A stretch of DNA of 64,000 nt from Bulinus truncatus (Eukaryota): contig JAGDYQ010000002.1 of NCBI GenBank assembly GCA_021962125.1, forward strand, positions 21,050,893 through 21,114,892, written 5' to 3'. The notes below the pieces were generated by a model, which was not told the DNA's origin, ran no database searches, and saw only the letters and a list, made by a program, of their open reading frames with translations. Numbering within the stretch: the first letter of the stretch is position 1; each line of letters begins with the position of its first letter. This document shows, one piece after another, positions 12,606 through 24,136 of the stretch. Made by a program: the position numbers and the translations under genes.

Positions 12606-12987
12606 CACACCAAAGACACACATATTCAATAATTCTTTTCTACAAAAAATGAACACTTTACATTTGTTGAAAAAAAATAACCAAGAATTTCGCTAAGAGA
12701 AACCAAGCGATCAATCATAGCCAAGAAAGACGTCTCGTCACCCATTCCACAAATCTATCGACTTATCCAGTAAATTTTTGGCTATAAACTTACACCTTCG
12801 GAGTCATGCTAATGCAAGATCTGGAAGTAGGGACTTTTTAAGACAGAGACACATAACAAATCACCCTCTCCCATCGGGTCCCCAAACCACACTCTCCACT
12901 TATGTCCGTTGACATTTCCCATATGTAAAGGTCATTAGTACATAATTTGATAAAAAAAAAACAACTAATATGTTGTCGGGTACTTAC

Positions 12988-13201
12988 AGTAGTCTCAACG
13001 AAACCTGATCTGCAGACACACTTTCTGTCCGTGGGCGGGTCATTGAGGCATGTCACGCTGCTGCCCGTTTTGTCTGGGCACCTGTACCGGGCGCAGGCCC
13101 CGGGGCCGGGTCGACTGTATGTATAGACTGTCTGATTGGCTGGGCAGACGATCTCCTCACAGCCCTTCTCATTACAAGTCAAGCGTCCATCTTGACAGTT
13201 G
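12988..13201 (-). CDS. Mucin-like gene, module 2 E-like Cys-rich exon (CNCQDGRLTCNEKGCEEIVCPANQTVYTYSRPGPGACARYRCPDKTGSSVTCLNDPPTDRKCVCRSGFVETT).
   Basis: Acceptor ttttgtccag and donor G|gtaagt. The C.DG.L.C....C pattern follows the TIL domain, as in vWF D-assemblies. Confidence 0.65.
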
Positions 13202-13708
13202 CTGGACAAAAGTGCATTCGTTAAAACACCATCAGACATTCGCTTGTGTTCATAGAATTAGTAGTACATTACATGAGAATCTCAAGAGTGCAGTCATACA
13301 ACATAGACACAAGTAGGATGATACAGGGTGTATTCAGTCAATCGTGACATACACGAGAACAATTATACAAGATAGACATGAGTAAAGGCATACAGTATAG
13401 ACATGACTACAAGCAGAAAAGATAGACATATTTACAAGCATACATCATAAACATGAGTACAATTAAACAAGATGAAACAAATATACAAATTTAAGATTAC
13501 CATGACTAGCATCATACAATACAGTCATACAACTGAATGGATGCTTTCCAAAATAAATCGATAAGTTCCAACCCTCTCAAGAATCAATTAGTGTAGGCTA
13601 CCCAGTTTGTATCTACACCCAAACAAACCCCAGTTTGTATCTACACCCAAACAGAGCCCCAGCTTGTATCCACACCAAAACAGAGCCCCAGTTTGTATCC
13701 ACACCCAC

Positions 13709-13958
13709 CAATGAAAACAGGAATCATTCACGAATGGGCCAGGACTGATGTATCTCCCTGACTTGGCGTCGAGACAAGGGCACTGGTCGCGGTGTATGCA
13801 GCGCCCGTCTTGATTAAGAAGTCTGCCGCCCCGGCAAGAGCACCCTGGGATCGTCTTGTCTGTGAACATCCGGGCGCCTAGCTGCAGATCGAGACAATGT
13901 GTCTGCCATACGCGTACACGGTCATTCTGTTCCAGATCACCGGAGCATGTCATCATAT
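13709..13958 (-). CDS. Mucin-like gene, module 2 TIL exon (MMTCSGDLEQNDRVRVWQTHCLDLQLGARMFTDKTIPGCSCRGGRLLNQDGRCIHRDQCPCLDAKSGRYISPGPFVNDSCFH).
   Basis: The TIL Cys pattern is present with the same CPC..SG.Y.SP...V.DSC..W tail as module 1. Acceptor tctattacag and donor TG|gtgggt. Confidence 0.7.
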
Positions 13959-14039
13959 CTGTAATAGAATCGGGCATAGTATAGACCATTTAACATGGAA
14001 AATACATGGAGTGCTAGGTCTTGTGTCTTGACACGGTCT

Positions 14040-14265
14040 ACCTACGTAATCATGGGTCTATACATGCCACTACATGGTGTTTACCAGCCAGGCCCGAGCG
14101 TGCGGGGGAAGGGGGCAGGAGGCCGGGCCCATCCTGCGATTTGTCTGCCCCCCCCCCTGCTTTTTTGTTCTACTTAGTAAAATTTATTACCTGCCCCCCC
14201 TCCCGCTATTGTCTGGCCCCTGCTGTAGAATTTTCACGCTACGGGCTCTGAAACAGCGGTTCTCA
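14040..14265. mobile_element. Interspersed repeat family C, copy 1 (..gcccgagcgtgcggggg..tgcttttttgttctacttagtaaaatttattacctgccccccctcccgctattgtctggcccctgctgtagaattttcacgctacggg).
   Basis: Homologous to 40690-40815 and 53175-53365. G/C homopolymers are embedded. Confidence 0.65.
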
Positions 14266-14830
14266 AGCTGATGCGGAGATATGTCCTTGGGTACCCCTTG
14301 CACGTACTTTCGCGAACAAATGTCCTTTTTATTCAAAGTGGAATGTGTTTTACTTTTATGATGCGATACATGATCACGTGGCTGGTTTATGAATAACGCA
14401 GCAAACTGGCTATCAAACTCATGCTATTTTAAAAAGAACGTTATGTCATTGTGTAATTCTGCGCAATCTTTCCAGTACCCTTGGGTTAAGCTTACCACCG
14501 GTTCAGAACCTCGGGTGTATACATTGGCTGGTTATGTGTCTTAAATATGTCAGAAGAACCGGTCCTGTAGCGGATGGATGGAGTGTTTATAGACGAACAA
14601 ACGAAATGCAATGTACAAGTCATTGATTTGAACAAAAGAAGAAGACCAAAACGCGAGCTTTAATTTGTCCATGTCTGGTCTAGCTGCTTACTGATCAGCC
14701 TTGACTCTCTCAAAAGAAAAAAAAATACAACTCGGGGTTGAAAAGCATCGGTCTAAATTTTAATATGAATAACCAAGGGTCAATGCTTTTTATGATGTCT
14801 TAACACATCCACAATGTAAACAAAACTCAC

Positions 14831-15037
14831 CTTTAACCTCTGGAAGCTTCACGAAACCGTTTATCTGACTGTACAAGTAGCTCAGCGGCACCTGTGACAC
14901 GTGAGAAATTTTCAGGATTGTGGACTGGATGACCTTGAGGTCTCTGCTGGCGAAGGCTATCTTGTCCAGGTTAGTGACGGACACTCTAGTCGGTTGTATG
15001 TCGTCTATGTAGTAATTCAGATCCGGTACTTGAATCT
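14831..15037 (-). CDS. Mucin-like gene, module 2 Cys-free linker exon (IQVPDLNYYIDDIQPTRVSVTNLDKIAFASRDLKVIQSTILKISHVSQVPLSYLYSQINGFVKLPEVK). It sits where modules 1 and 3 carry C8 exons.
   Basis: Acceptor cgcacag and donor G|gtgagt. The entry and exit phases match the neighbouring exons. The open frame is partly inflated by the adjacent minisatellite. Confidence 0.45.
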
Positions 15038-15089
15038 GTGCGTCGCAAATGAAAAAAATAGGTATCAGTAGCATTAAGTCAATAAAGTT

Positions 15090-15300
15090 TGTGTGAGCAG
15101 GTACCTTCTTGAGTGTTGCATTGCTGAGTATTGCATTCTTGAGTGTTGCATTGCTGAGTATTGCATTCTTTAGTGTTGCACTGCTGAGTAATGTATTCTT
15201 GAGTGTTGCATTGATGAGTATCGCATTCTTGTTGCACTGCTGAGTATTGCATTCTTTAGTGTTGCGCTGCTGAGTAATGTATTCTTGAGTGTTGCACTGC
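15090..15300. repeat. Minisatellite of 30-bp units (gagtgttgcattgctgagtattgcattctt).
   Basis: Direct tandem copies. Confidence 0.85.
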
Positions 15301-15480
15301 TGAATGAATCTTGTGGCAATGATAAAATATAAATGTATTTTAACTGCTCCATTTTTGAGATGAATTGTTAATTTCAATTTAGTTAAAAAAAAACAGCAAC
15401 ACCAGAAAGAAAGCGGTTCTCAATCCAATGGAAAGTTCGGCCGGCCGAACCGTTTAAGTGTATCAAGTTATATAAATCAC

Positions 15481-15648
15481 CTTGGTTTGTACTGCACCGC
15501 CGTAATCCACACGGCCGTAGCCAGAATGACCACAGGAGTTCACCGTGTAGGCCTGTATGAAGCTCTCGTCAGACGGGGCTTCAATGCCTGAAGGGAGGCA
15601 CCGGTCATCGTCAATCTGTTTGTTCATGTTGCCACACAGACCCCGTAG
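15481..15648 (-). CDS. Mucin-like gene, module 2 vWD exon c (LRGLCGNMNKQIDDDRCLPSGIEAPSDESFIQAYTVNSCGHSGYGRVDYGGAVQTK).
   Basis: The diagnostic vWD motif GLCGN(M/F)N...DD is present. Acceptor gagtccag and donor AAG|gtgatt. Confidence 0.7.
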
Positions 15649-16319
15649 CTGGACTCAAGGATAATCGAGATACAACGATATGTTAATGAGATAACAGAAA
15701 ATGATAAAGGCAATGTCATCATCAAGTACATGGCAGGTCAAAGGAAAAACAAAATGGACAAGACATTCTGGGGCTATAGTTGGGATGAAAGAAGGACGCC
15801 CTTAAAACCGTCACATTAAATAAACATGTCCGAGGAAAAAGACAGTCTAGAGAAATGAAAAAATAAATAAAAGAAAAAGAATAAACAAAGCAAAGTAAGC
15901 CTATTTGAAGATGCGACAGAAGCTGTTATAGTTTGAAGTGACTATCTAATTCATGAAACCTGGTGTTTTATCGAGTAGGGTTATTTGTGTGTATGTGTGT
16001 GAGTGAGAAGAGGAGAAAGTCTATTTTGTGTATGTGAGAGGGAGAAAGAAGACGGGGGGGGGACGATTTGGTGAATGCTTGCGTGCCGTCTCCAACTAAA
16101 CTTTGATAGGTGCCCTCTTGAACCAATTAATCTCCTTTAGGGGGCTCTAGATGTCGCCACTCTCGCCCATGAACCCTCCCCCTTTTTTTCACTATGCTAC
16201 CCTGTGAGTCTGTAATCGTGTTTATCTGTACGTTCAAACCTGTATATTTATCTCATGTGAGCTTTGAATTTTAAAAAAATAGGTTACCAGTTGTACCAGT
16301 AGTGAATTGCTCTAAAAGC

Positions 16320-16600
16320 TAAGATGAACGAAAACCACCAACAATACAACAACAATAAACAAAAATACAACAACAATAAACAACAATAAACAACAATACA
16401 ACAACAAACAACAACAATACAACAACAATAAAAAACAAACAACAACAAAACAACAAAACAACAACAATACAAGAACAAACAACAACAACACAACAACAAC
16501 GCAACAACAAACAACAACAATAAAACAACAAACAACAACAATACAACAAAAATACAACAACAAACAACAACAACAAAATACAACAACAATACAACATTTC
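16320..16600. repeat. CAA-rich low-complexity minisatellite ((caa)n with interspersed t/a), intronic.
   Basis: Seen directly. It explains the C/L/V-rich ORFs at 16284-16638. Confidence 0.9.
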
Positions 16601-16709
16601 ATTAGAACAAAAAAGGTCAACTTACTGGTCCAGGCCAAGGCAACAAATTACAACTTAAACGTAAGAAAATCCCAGATGTGGCTGGTCTATATCAGTAATC
16701 AACTTAAAA

Positions 16710-17030
16710 CCAACTCACCGTGCCAGGCTCGTAGAACGAGTCCCATGTCGCCACCACCAAGTAATTCACATTGAAGAGTAAAATCCGGAAGTTGAAAGCA
16801 TCTATTGCGACACTGGACGTGGTCGGCTGCCGGACGTAAAGGACGCTGTCAGAGTAAGGCATCTGCACGCTCTGATTCTTTTTAAGGTCTAGGACCTCTG
16901 GTTGTCGATCAGTCTTGAACTTGACAATCAAATGGACCTTATCGGCCCTGATTTCAACGCCCCCGGGTAAGATGTTGGCGGGGTTATCCGGGGATTGCTT
17001 TGAAATCATATTGATTACCAAACCGTTTGT
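16710..17030 (-). CDS. Mucin-like gene, module 2 vWD exon b (QTNGLVINMISKQSPDNPANILPGGVEIRADKVHLIVKFKTDRQPEVLDLKKNQSVQMPYSDSVLYVRQPTTSSVAIDAFNFRILLFNVNYLVVATWDSFYEPGT).
   Basis: A 107-codon open exon with acceptor tgtttccag and donor ACG|gtgagt, phase 0 at both ends. It is a Cys-poor vWD core. Confidence 0.6.
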
Positions 17031-17205
17031 CTGGAAACATGAAAGTCAATTCGTTAAGCTTGAAAAAAAAATATAAGTAATTATTTGTGTTTGGTCACAA
17101 ATAAAAAAAAAGATAATAAAAACGTAGAATCTAATGACTACATACTGTCCAGGCTACATACTGTCCACTTTAATCCAAACAACAAACAACAAAAGCCACA
17201 CTCAC

Positions 17206-17365
17206 GGGATGGGTGACCAGAGTAAAGGAACACTCTACTTCATCTGACGTCAGCAGAAATTCCTGTTTGTCAAACGTGGTCAGCGCCCCTGGGCCGTACA
17301 CGGAGCAAGAGGCGTAACAGTTGTAGGACACCGAGCAGTTCCACACTCCCCTGATCCCACATGTG
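17206..17365 (-). CDS. Mucin-like gene, module 2 vWD exon a (CTCGIRGVWNCSVSYNCYASCSVYGPGALTTFDKQEFLLTSDEVECSFTLVTHP).
   Basis: The vWD N-terminal signature C..YG....TFD...F.......C.F.L is present. Acceptor ccctatcag and donor CCC|gtgagt. Confidence 0.65.
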
Positions 17366-17458
17366 CTGATAGGGCAAATATTAAACATAGGGGTATACTT
17401 ATAAGAAACATGGGAAGCCCTGATGAGTGGTGAGGAAGGATGTCAGAATTTTTGTAAT

Positions 17459-17565
17459 AAATTCAGCTGATTAATAAATTCAGCTGATTAACAAATTCAG
17501 CCGATTAATAAATTCAGCTGATTAATAAATTCAGCTGATTAATACATTCAGCTCGATATCCTACA
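17459..17565. repeat. Tandem repeat of 17-bp units (ttaataaattcagctga), about 6 copies.
   Basis: Direct tandem copies. Confidence 0.85.
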
Positions 17566-17926
17566 AGGAAATGTGATTTTTTTAAATTGTCAAAAATCTA
17601 TTTATAGATGTTCATTTTTTACCGACTTTACCCGTTGCCACAATTTTATATAGTATGCGGGGATTTGCGGGCGAAGTCGCGTCGTAAACATAGCGTTAAA
17701 ATTGAGTGGTGATTGGGGTGGGGGGGGGGGTGTGCTGGACACGTTTCGTCAAAATATAAATATTTTTTTTAAAATCAAATTTTGTTGATTTCTCTCCTAA
17801 AAAAAAAAGAGATGCATATATTTTTTGTAAAAGTTTCCAAATCCATCTTCTCAATAATCTAAACGGCATACAATTTAAGAATAATAAAATAAAAAAAATC
17901 CAAGTTAGAGAGAAACCTTTACTGAC

Positions 17927-18175
17927 CAATTTTGACAGGTATCGTGAACGTAGACAGACTCGTTTGGGCTGTACGACAGGCCGTTCAGGGAGCAGGGACA
18001 CTGGCTGGGGTCGATGCAGGTCCTGTTGTAGTTCACCAGACCGCCTGGGCAGTGACAGCCCGCCACGCAGGAGCGGCACTCCGACTGGATGTTGCCGGTC
18101 AGCGTGGGGCGACCGCAGGCCGGGCGGCAGGAGGGCCCGCAGTCTCGATACACAAAGTTGGAAGGGCAGGTCCTG
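17927..18175 (-). CDS. Mucin-like gene, module 1 TIL (trypsin-inhibitor-like) domain exon (RTCPSNFVYRDCGPSCRPACGRP..CRSCVAGCHCPGGLVNYNRTCIDPSQCPCSLNGLSYSPNESVYVHDTCQNW).
   Basis: The canonical 10-Cys TIL spacing is present (CP.N..Y..C...C...C.....C..C..GC.CP.G.V....CI....CPC). Acceptor tttttttaag and donor TG|gtcagt. Confidence 0.75.
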
Positions 18176-18499
18176 CCTTAAAAAAAAATACATCGCATTG
18201 TTGATAAAATAAAATATTGATTGTAAAAGAAAATATTAATGTTGGAATATTATATTGATGTTGGGATGAAATATTGATGTTGGGATAAAATATTGATTGC
18301 TTAAAATATTGATGTTTGGATAACATATTGTTAATAAAGTGGATAGAAATATTGAGGATGAAATTAAATTGAGATGGAAACTTCAAAGTATCGTTCAATG
18401 TACGGCACAACTTCAGTATTGTCAGTAGGTGTTTTTTTAACTTGTGATAAATTAAGTGGTGATCAGTGTGTGAGTTCTTTTTCTAATGTATTTCTGTCA

Positions 18500-18645
18500 A
18501 GACGGTGATTGTGTCAATATAGGTGATTGTGTCTAGACGGTGATTGTGTCAAGACGGTGATTGTGTCAATATAGGTGATTGTGTCAAGACGGTGATTGTG
18601 TCAAGACGGTGATTGTGTCAAGGCGGTGATTGTGCCATGTCTCAT
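18500..18645. repeat. Tandem repeat of gtgattgtgtcaagacg units (17 or 27 bp).
   Basis: Direct tandem copies. Confidence 0.85.
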
Positions 18646-18675
18646 TATTATATATTTTATTTTTGTTTCATTCAC

Positions 18676-18831
18676 CGCATCCGGATTCCTCTCTCCATTT
18701 GATTTGAATTTTCTCATTCAGGCATGCGCCAGAGTATCCGCTGATGACATGACATCTCATGTCATTCTCGGCGCTGACAGAGGCTGAGCAGTAGATCTGC
18801 TGGCAGTACTTGACATAAGGCCTGACATCCA
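18676..18831 (-). CDS. Mucin-like gene, module 1 C8-domain exon b (VDVRPYVKYCQQIYCSASVSAENDMRCHVISGYSGACLNEKIQIKWREESGC).
   Basis: The C8 pattern V.P..Y..C...C.....C....YS.AC......W is present. Acceptor cacctcag and donor G|gtgaat. Confidence 0.6.
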
Positions 18832-19059
18832 CCTGAGGTGAATTATTATCCAATAAAGCCATTACTGATAAAAGTAAAAAGTTAAAACCAAACTCTATAA
18901 CTGTTAATTCTTTACTGTTTAACACTTCGCGTTAACTCCCGTTTATCCCCCCTCCCTTTTCTAACACCCCCTCCCCCTCTTCACAATAATGGAACATGCA
19001 GCATTTTCCGTCTTCAGGTGAACAACAAAAGAAATAAATTAAGAACGAATGGGCCAAGA

Positions 19060-19315
19060 CTGGGTCAGGACTATGTCAGAACTGGGTCAGAACTAGGTCA
19101 GAACAGGTCAGGATTAGGTCAGGACTGAGTCAGGACTAGGTCAGAACTAGGTCAGGACTGGGTCATGACTGGGTGAGGACTAGGTTAGGACTAGGTCAGG
19201 ACTGAGTCAGGACTAGGTCAGGACAGGTCAGGACTGGGTCAGGACTAGGTCAGAACTAGGTCAGGACTGAGTCAGGACTAGGTCAGGACAGGTCAGGACT
19301 GGGTCAGGACAAATT
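19060..19315. repeat. Minisatellite of about 25 copies of a 9-10 bp unit (ggtcaggact).
   Basis: Direct tandem copies. Confidence 0.9.
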
Positions 19316-19439
19316 TGTTGTCAGTATGCAATACGAGCCATATCTGTGATGAAGTTGTTTGATTTTGTTAATCTAAGAAAATAATTTGCAGGGGGCCCAT
19401 ATTAGTTTACTTGTAAACTAGGGCCAGTTGACTGAATGA

Positions 19440-19900
19440 TACATTCGCCACTTATACTTCTTCTTCTTCTTCTTCTTCTATCCCTTAACCCGTGGATGGG
19501 TCGTTGGGGCACCGTTGTTGACTGAAACTAGTAGTTTTTCAGTCATGGTGTATCTAGGGCAGGAAATGCTTGGCGGCGCCCAACCCTCTCCAAGCTTGAC
19601 CACAGCCGGTTTCCTCCTTATCGGTGGCCCGCCTTGATCACGGACACGTAGCCGTTGGGTTCACATTTGATCTCGTCCGCCCTGGCCGGTGACTTCAATT
19701 CGGAAGTTCATACGCCCAGTGGTGTCGTGTCAGCACCACCTCCTCACGCGGTTTAGCCGGTCAGCTGAGACCGTTGCCCAGAGTGTGGCGCGGGGAGCCA
19801 CACATGAGAGATTCAAGAGATGAGCGAGGACCAGTGAGCTTGACCACCCGAGGGTGCAGCTGTCAGAGCATCAAAGGTACTACCTCTGCCCAGAGCCCTC
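19440..19900. other. GC-rich, non-repetitive island of about 460 bp, unlike the flanking AT-rich sequence. It is possibly a truncated retroelement or captured fragment.
   Basis: Base composition shifts sharply between two minisatellites. It starts after (ctt)n, and only a 62-aa + ORF falls inside it. Confidence 0.3.
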
Positions 19901-19984
19901 TATACACCACTTATACTACAGCGAGACAATATGTTTATCTTAAAATGCCTATTGTCAATTAAAATAAAATAAGCAGAGGCCCAT

Positions 19985-20170
19985 TTGTTACACTTATCCC
20001 AGGCAGATGTCTTGCTATAATTACACAGACATTTGTACACTTATCCCAGGCAGATGTCTAGCTTTAATTATGCAGACATTTGTAACTTATCCCAGGCAGA
20101 TGTCTTGCTATAATTATGCAGACATTTGTCACTTATCCCAGGTAGATGTCTTGCTATAATTACACAGACA
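19985..20170. repeat. Tandem repeat of roughly 42-bp units (acttatcccaggcagatgtcttgctataattacacagacatttgt), 4 copies.
   Basis: Direct tandem copies. Confidence 0.85.
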
Positions 20171-20305
20171 TTTGTCTGTGAGTCTAATTGAACATGTACA
20201 AACACGTTGATTAATGTTAAAACAGATAACTGTTACTGATTTTTTTTTACAGTAGACAGACAAATGTCTTGATCTATTTACCGTTGATATACATATGATA
20301 TCTGT

Positions 20306-20410
20306 ACTATTTACCTTAGAGTGACAGGGACTAAATAGACCTGAAGATAGAATGGAGCAAGCTGAGTCCGCATCAGATGGCGTATCGCAAGGCTGATTGA
20401 CCTGATTACA
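20306..20410 (-). CDS. Mucin-like gene, module 1 C8-domain exon a (CNQVNQPCDTPSDADSACSILSSGLFSPCHSK).
   Basis: The C8 N-terminal pattern C..SAC..L...F..CH. is present. Donor AAG|gtaaat. Phase is 0 at both ends. Confidence 0.6.
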
Positions 20411-21089
20411 CTTCATTTAAAATAATATAAAGCAAAAGTTGTAACATCTTTAAATATTTACAATGTAAGCCACAGTTAAGTCCGTCACTGTTGACATTTT
20501 GGTCAGACAATGTAAGGAATGAAAAGTAGTTTATTCTTACTAACTCAAATTTTGTATATTACAAAAGAAATAAACAACAGAAAGTTCAAAAGCTTCGCAT
20601 GAAATTGATGTTGCATTGCTTTCATCAAATTATAAATAAAGTTATTTTTCACTTTGACATAACTTATGAAATTTATAATTTCGTGTAGATATTCATCGAA
20701 TTTTATAAAACTTTGAAATTTTATTATTTTTTTTTTTTGGGTCAAAAATAAAACGTCTTACTATTACAGTGCACTTAATCAGTATTACATAAAGTAATTA
20801 CACAAATCGTAGGTACACAAGTCGTAGTTACACAAGTCGTAGGTACTTTAACACATATTATACGTTTAATTTCTGCACCAAGTCCATATGAAACACATAA
20901 CGACTAGGTTAACACAGAATTCAGTTATGTCCACCTCACAGTACAGGGTTCATTACACAAATGACCTATACACATGTTCACTCCACACCCTATCACATGC
21001 CAACCACTGATTCTCTCCGCTGACCGTTCGTACTGCGATCAGTGAAGCGTATGCTGCATAAACACACAAACACACATAGTGACACTTAC

Positions 21090-21148
21090 TGTTGGTGATG
21101 CTATGGTAGCATTCACGAAGTATTTCTGCAGCACAGAGCTGTAGTTAT
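21090..21148 (-). CDS. Mucin-like gene, module 1 short exon (DNYSSVLQKYFVNATIASPT).
   Basis: Acceptor ttatcag and donor ACA|gtaagt. It is in phase on both sides. Confidence 0.45.
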
Positions 21149-21206
21149 CTGATAATGAACACAATAACAAACATGTTATAAATTATTTACCCTATACCAA
21201 CAAAAC

Positions 21207-21237
<31 letters not shown>

Positions 21238-21689
21238 GTAAAAGATGTTATTGTATGAACTGGTTTATAATCAGAAACTCAATTCATGTCAATGGTTCAT
21301 ATAATTTATTGACGACAGAATAAAATATAAACAGAATAAATCCAATATAATTCACAATGACTAATTACTTATTGACAATAAACTGAACTGATTAACTAAA
21401 ACTTCTGAACTGTACTTGAATACTACTATCTCTCTGGACTCAACTGAACTGACTGACTTAACTGACTTAACTGACTCAACTGCCTCTTCTCAACTAAACA
21501 TCGTCTTTATATAATTTACTTGCATCCAACTCGAACATTCCACATCGCTGTGTCTCTCACTCATTTAGACAATACAATTTACAATAAACATCATATTTAT
21601 TTTCTCTAACTATCTAGAATCTTGACCCCCGTGACCTCATGTTGACCTGGTTGGCCAAGCTCCAAACACACACACACACACACCTGCAC

Positions 21690-21701
21690 AACTATACCAT
21701 G

Positions 21702-21762
<61 letters not shown>

Positions 21763-21984
21763 GTTTTGTTGGTAAAAAAAAATTGTTTTGACGATAAAAA
21801 AAACATCCTCTTGTAGGAAATCTGACAATGTAAATAAATCTGCTGATATTTTTTAAAACTCAAATGTGATGTATATATATATTAAAAATTTAGCACCAAT
21901 CTTTCGCTACTAGGCAGGGTTCCAAATGGTTGCAGTACAAATTAAATAAGAAAATAATAATTACATTTTAATATTACATTACAC

Positions 21985-22065
<81 letters not shown>

Positions 22066-22070
22066 ATTTT
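21690..22070. repeat. Two (TA)n microsatellites (21690-21770 and 21990-22045) followed by (GA)n at 22045-22070. Both are flanked by (CA)n/(GT)n stretches.
   Basis: Seen directly. Confidence 0.9.
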
Positions 22071-22129
22071 ATGTCTGAAATAAGTAAACCTGAAGGTAGA
22101 AATTCAAGTTCACTAAGACCTACAACGCC

Positions 22130-22390
22130 ACCGGCAGATGAAGTGTAGAATTCATCCGATTCTGCAACTGTGGCATATTAAGAGAATGTGTGGTTAGCAC
22201 AACGCCCAGCCGCCTTTACTTTCCCAACTTAAGTCAGGTACCCATTTAAAGCTGGGTGGACTTGTGGGACTTAAGTAACTTTCACCAGGACAAAATTTCC
22301 ATTGGTTCTCATCAAGAATCGAACCATTGACTCACGTGTCGGCAGTCGAGCGTTCTACACCGCTAAGCTACTCGACCAACGTTTTGAGCC
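22130..22390 (-). mobile_element. tRNA-derived SINE, copy 1, minus orientation. A tRNA-like head with a GGTTCGATTC box-B-like motif lies at the 22.3 kb end.
   Basis: It shares about 130 bp at about 85 percent identity with the copy at 44950-45220 (..caacgcccagccgcctttgcttccccaacttaa..ctgggcggacttgtggga..). The head folds into a tRNA-like cloverleaf on the minus strand. Confidence 0.7.
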
Positions 22391-22500
22391 GGCGCCTCAA
22401 ATAATTATATACTGCCCTTATTCTCGCCCAGACCTTTAGTTATGAACAGCGTAGTACTTAACAACAGACAATGGCCATAATTTTAGATACATCACTGACC

Positions 22501-22665
22501 TGTATCTAGCATTCCACAGACTCCGCCTATAAACTTCTCAGTCCTCAATGGAAAGTTGTTGCCGACCGAGATAAGAATTTCAGTGCCGCTGTCCCGTCGG
22601 ATGGACAGGTCCAGGCTAGGGAAGGCCAGGAAAACACTGTCGCCGATACTGTCGAAGCTGATTTC
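22501..22665 (-). CDS. Mucin-like gene, module 1 vWD exon c (EISFDSIGDSVFLAFPSLDLSIRRDSGTEILISVGNNFPLRTEKFIGGVCGMLDT) containing a GLCG-like motif.
   Basis: Acceptor aatccag and donor G|gtcagt. The C-terminal half of the vWD domain carries the ..Y.G.VCG..D signature. Confidence 0.65.
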
Positions 22666-22796
22666 TGGATTAAGAGAATAAATCAATCAGTCAATTAATC
22701 TATTGTCTTCCCTGATACATAATTATTTACTTAATGCATTAGAACGTACCTACCTGTCACCTACCTACTTCCCTGCTTGCCAGACAGACAGTCTTC

Positions 22797-22975
<179 letters not shown>

Positions 22976-23132
22976 GTCTGTCTGTCTGTCTTTTTGTCCG
23001 TGTACCCTTCTGTCTATCTGTCTGTCTATCTATCAGTCTATCTGTCTTTCTGTCTATCTACCTGTCTCTCTATGTGTCTTTCTACCTGTCTGTCTGGGCA
23101 TCCCTCCTCTTACACCCACCCACATCACTGAC

Positions 23133-23265
23133 CTCCAATCCTCTCCACCTGGTCCAGCGAGTCCAGGAACCTCACTGTCTGTAAGGGGTTGGTTTGGTTC
23201 AATCGTCTCATGACTATGACGTCATCGTGCAGCTCATACAGTGCGTCCCTGCTGATTCGTATTCC
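23133..23265 (-). CDS. Mucin-like gene, module 1 vWD exon b (GIRISRDALYELHDDVIVMRRLNQTNPLQTVRFLDSLDQVERIG).
   Basis: Acceptor ttccctcag and donor G|gtcagt. It links in phase. Confidence 0.55.
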
Positions 23266-23269
23266 CTGA

Positions 23270-23480
23270 GGGAAATGTTGTGTGCAGGATGAGGCAGTAC
23301 TGGGAACATGTTGTGTGCAGGATGAGGCAGTACTGGGGACATGTTGTGTGCAGGATGAGGCAGTACTGGGGACATGTTGTGTGCAGGATGAGGCAGTACT
23401 GGGAACATGTTGTGTGTAGGATGAGGCAGTACTGGGGACATGTTGTGTGTAGGATGAGGCAGTACTGGGGACATAATTAA
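23270..23480. repeat. Minisatellite of about 7 copies of a 30-bp unit (gttgtgtgcaggatgaggcagtactggggacat), intronic.
   Basis: Direct tandem copies. Confidence 0.9.
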
Positions 23481-23941
23481 GGGCCCTCCTGATGGGGACA
23501 TGCCGAGTCCGCAAGAGATAGGACCCTCCCCCCCCCACGAAGCATTGGGCCCAGAATAGCGAATAAAATATTGAATCCATATATAGAGGTTAAAATAAAA
23601 CCCAGCTTAACTTATAGCCCCCCCCCCTTTCCCAATGGGTTCCACATATGTGAATACATTGTTATCACACCATTCGTGGGTGCAGTTTATCCTGACAGAT
23701 TTCAATTCTACGTACGTTACGATAATGGAAATAAGGTAGTACTGGGGACATTTAAGACATACTTTAATTATGTTTGCGTAGCCTACCTACAATTTAGTCT
23801 TAGATTAGAACTAGCAAAAAAAAATTACCTATGGAAGTATTCATCAAAGACTTTGGACTTACTCAAATGATACAAGGCGTTTGCCTCAAGATTTGCCCCT
23901 GTTTGGAAATGGGAGGTGAGTGTGGTGGTGGTGGTGGTTAC

Positions 23942-24133
23942 CTTATAGCAGTTTGATGAATCATTGTTGCACGTTGTCCAGGTATCCACTCTGAGTTTAC
24001 CGAACTCCATGAGAGTTGTCTGACAGGAAGTACATGGTTCGTAAGACACTCCAAGAAACGTGCGTACAGCGCAGTTGGCGCCTATTCTACAGGTCCGGAT
24101 GGGAGCAGCCGGGGATGGCTTACTGGGACGTGA
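23942..24133 (-). CDS. Mucin-like gene, module 1 vWD exon a (..SKPSPAAPIRTCRIGANCAVRTFLGVSYEPCTSCQTTLMEFGKLRVDTWTTCNNDSSNCYK).
   Basis: Acceptor tttcacag and donor AAG|gtaacc. The phase matches both flanking exons. Confidence 0.55.
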
Positions 24134-24136
24134 AAA

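Noticed and set aside
12033-12696. A cluster of overlapping 125-207 aa ORFs on both strands (C/V/L-rich or T/Q/H/P-rich).
   Set aside because: They are frame artefacts of the 21-bp minisatellite acacaaacacccagacacaaa. They have no splice context and their composition is dictated by the repeat.
17696-18193. A 165-aa minus ORF overlapping the TIL exon in another frame.
   Set aside because: The frame lacks any domain signature, whereas the alternative frame has a perfect 10-Cys TIL pattern and phase-correct splice sites.
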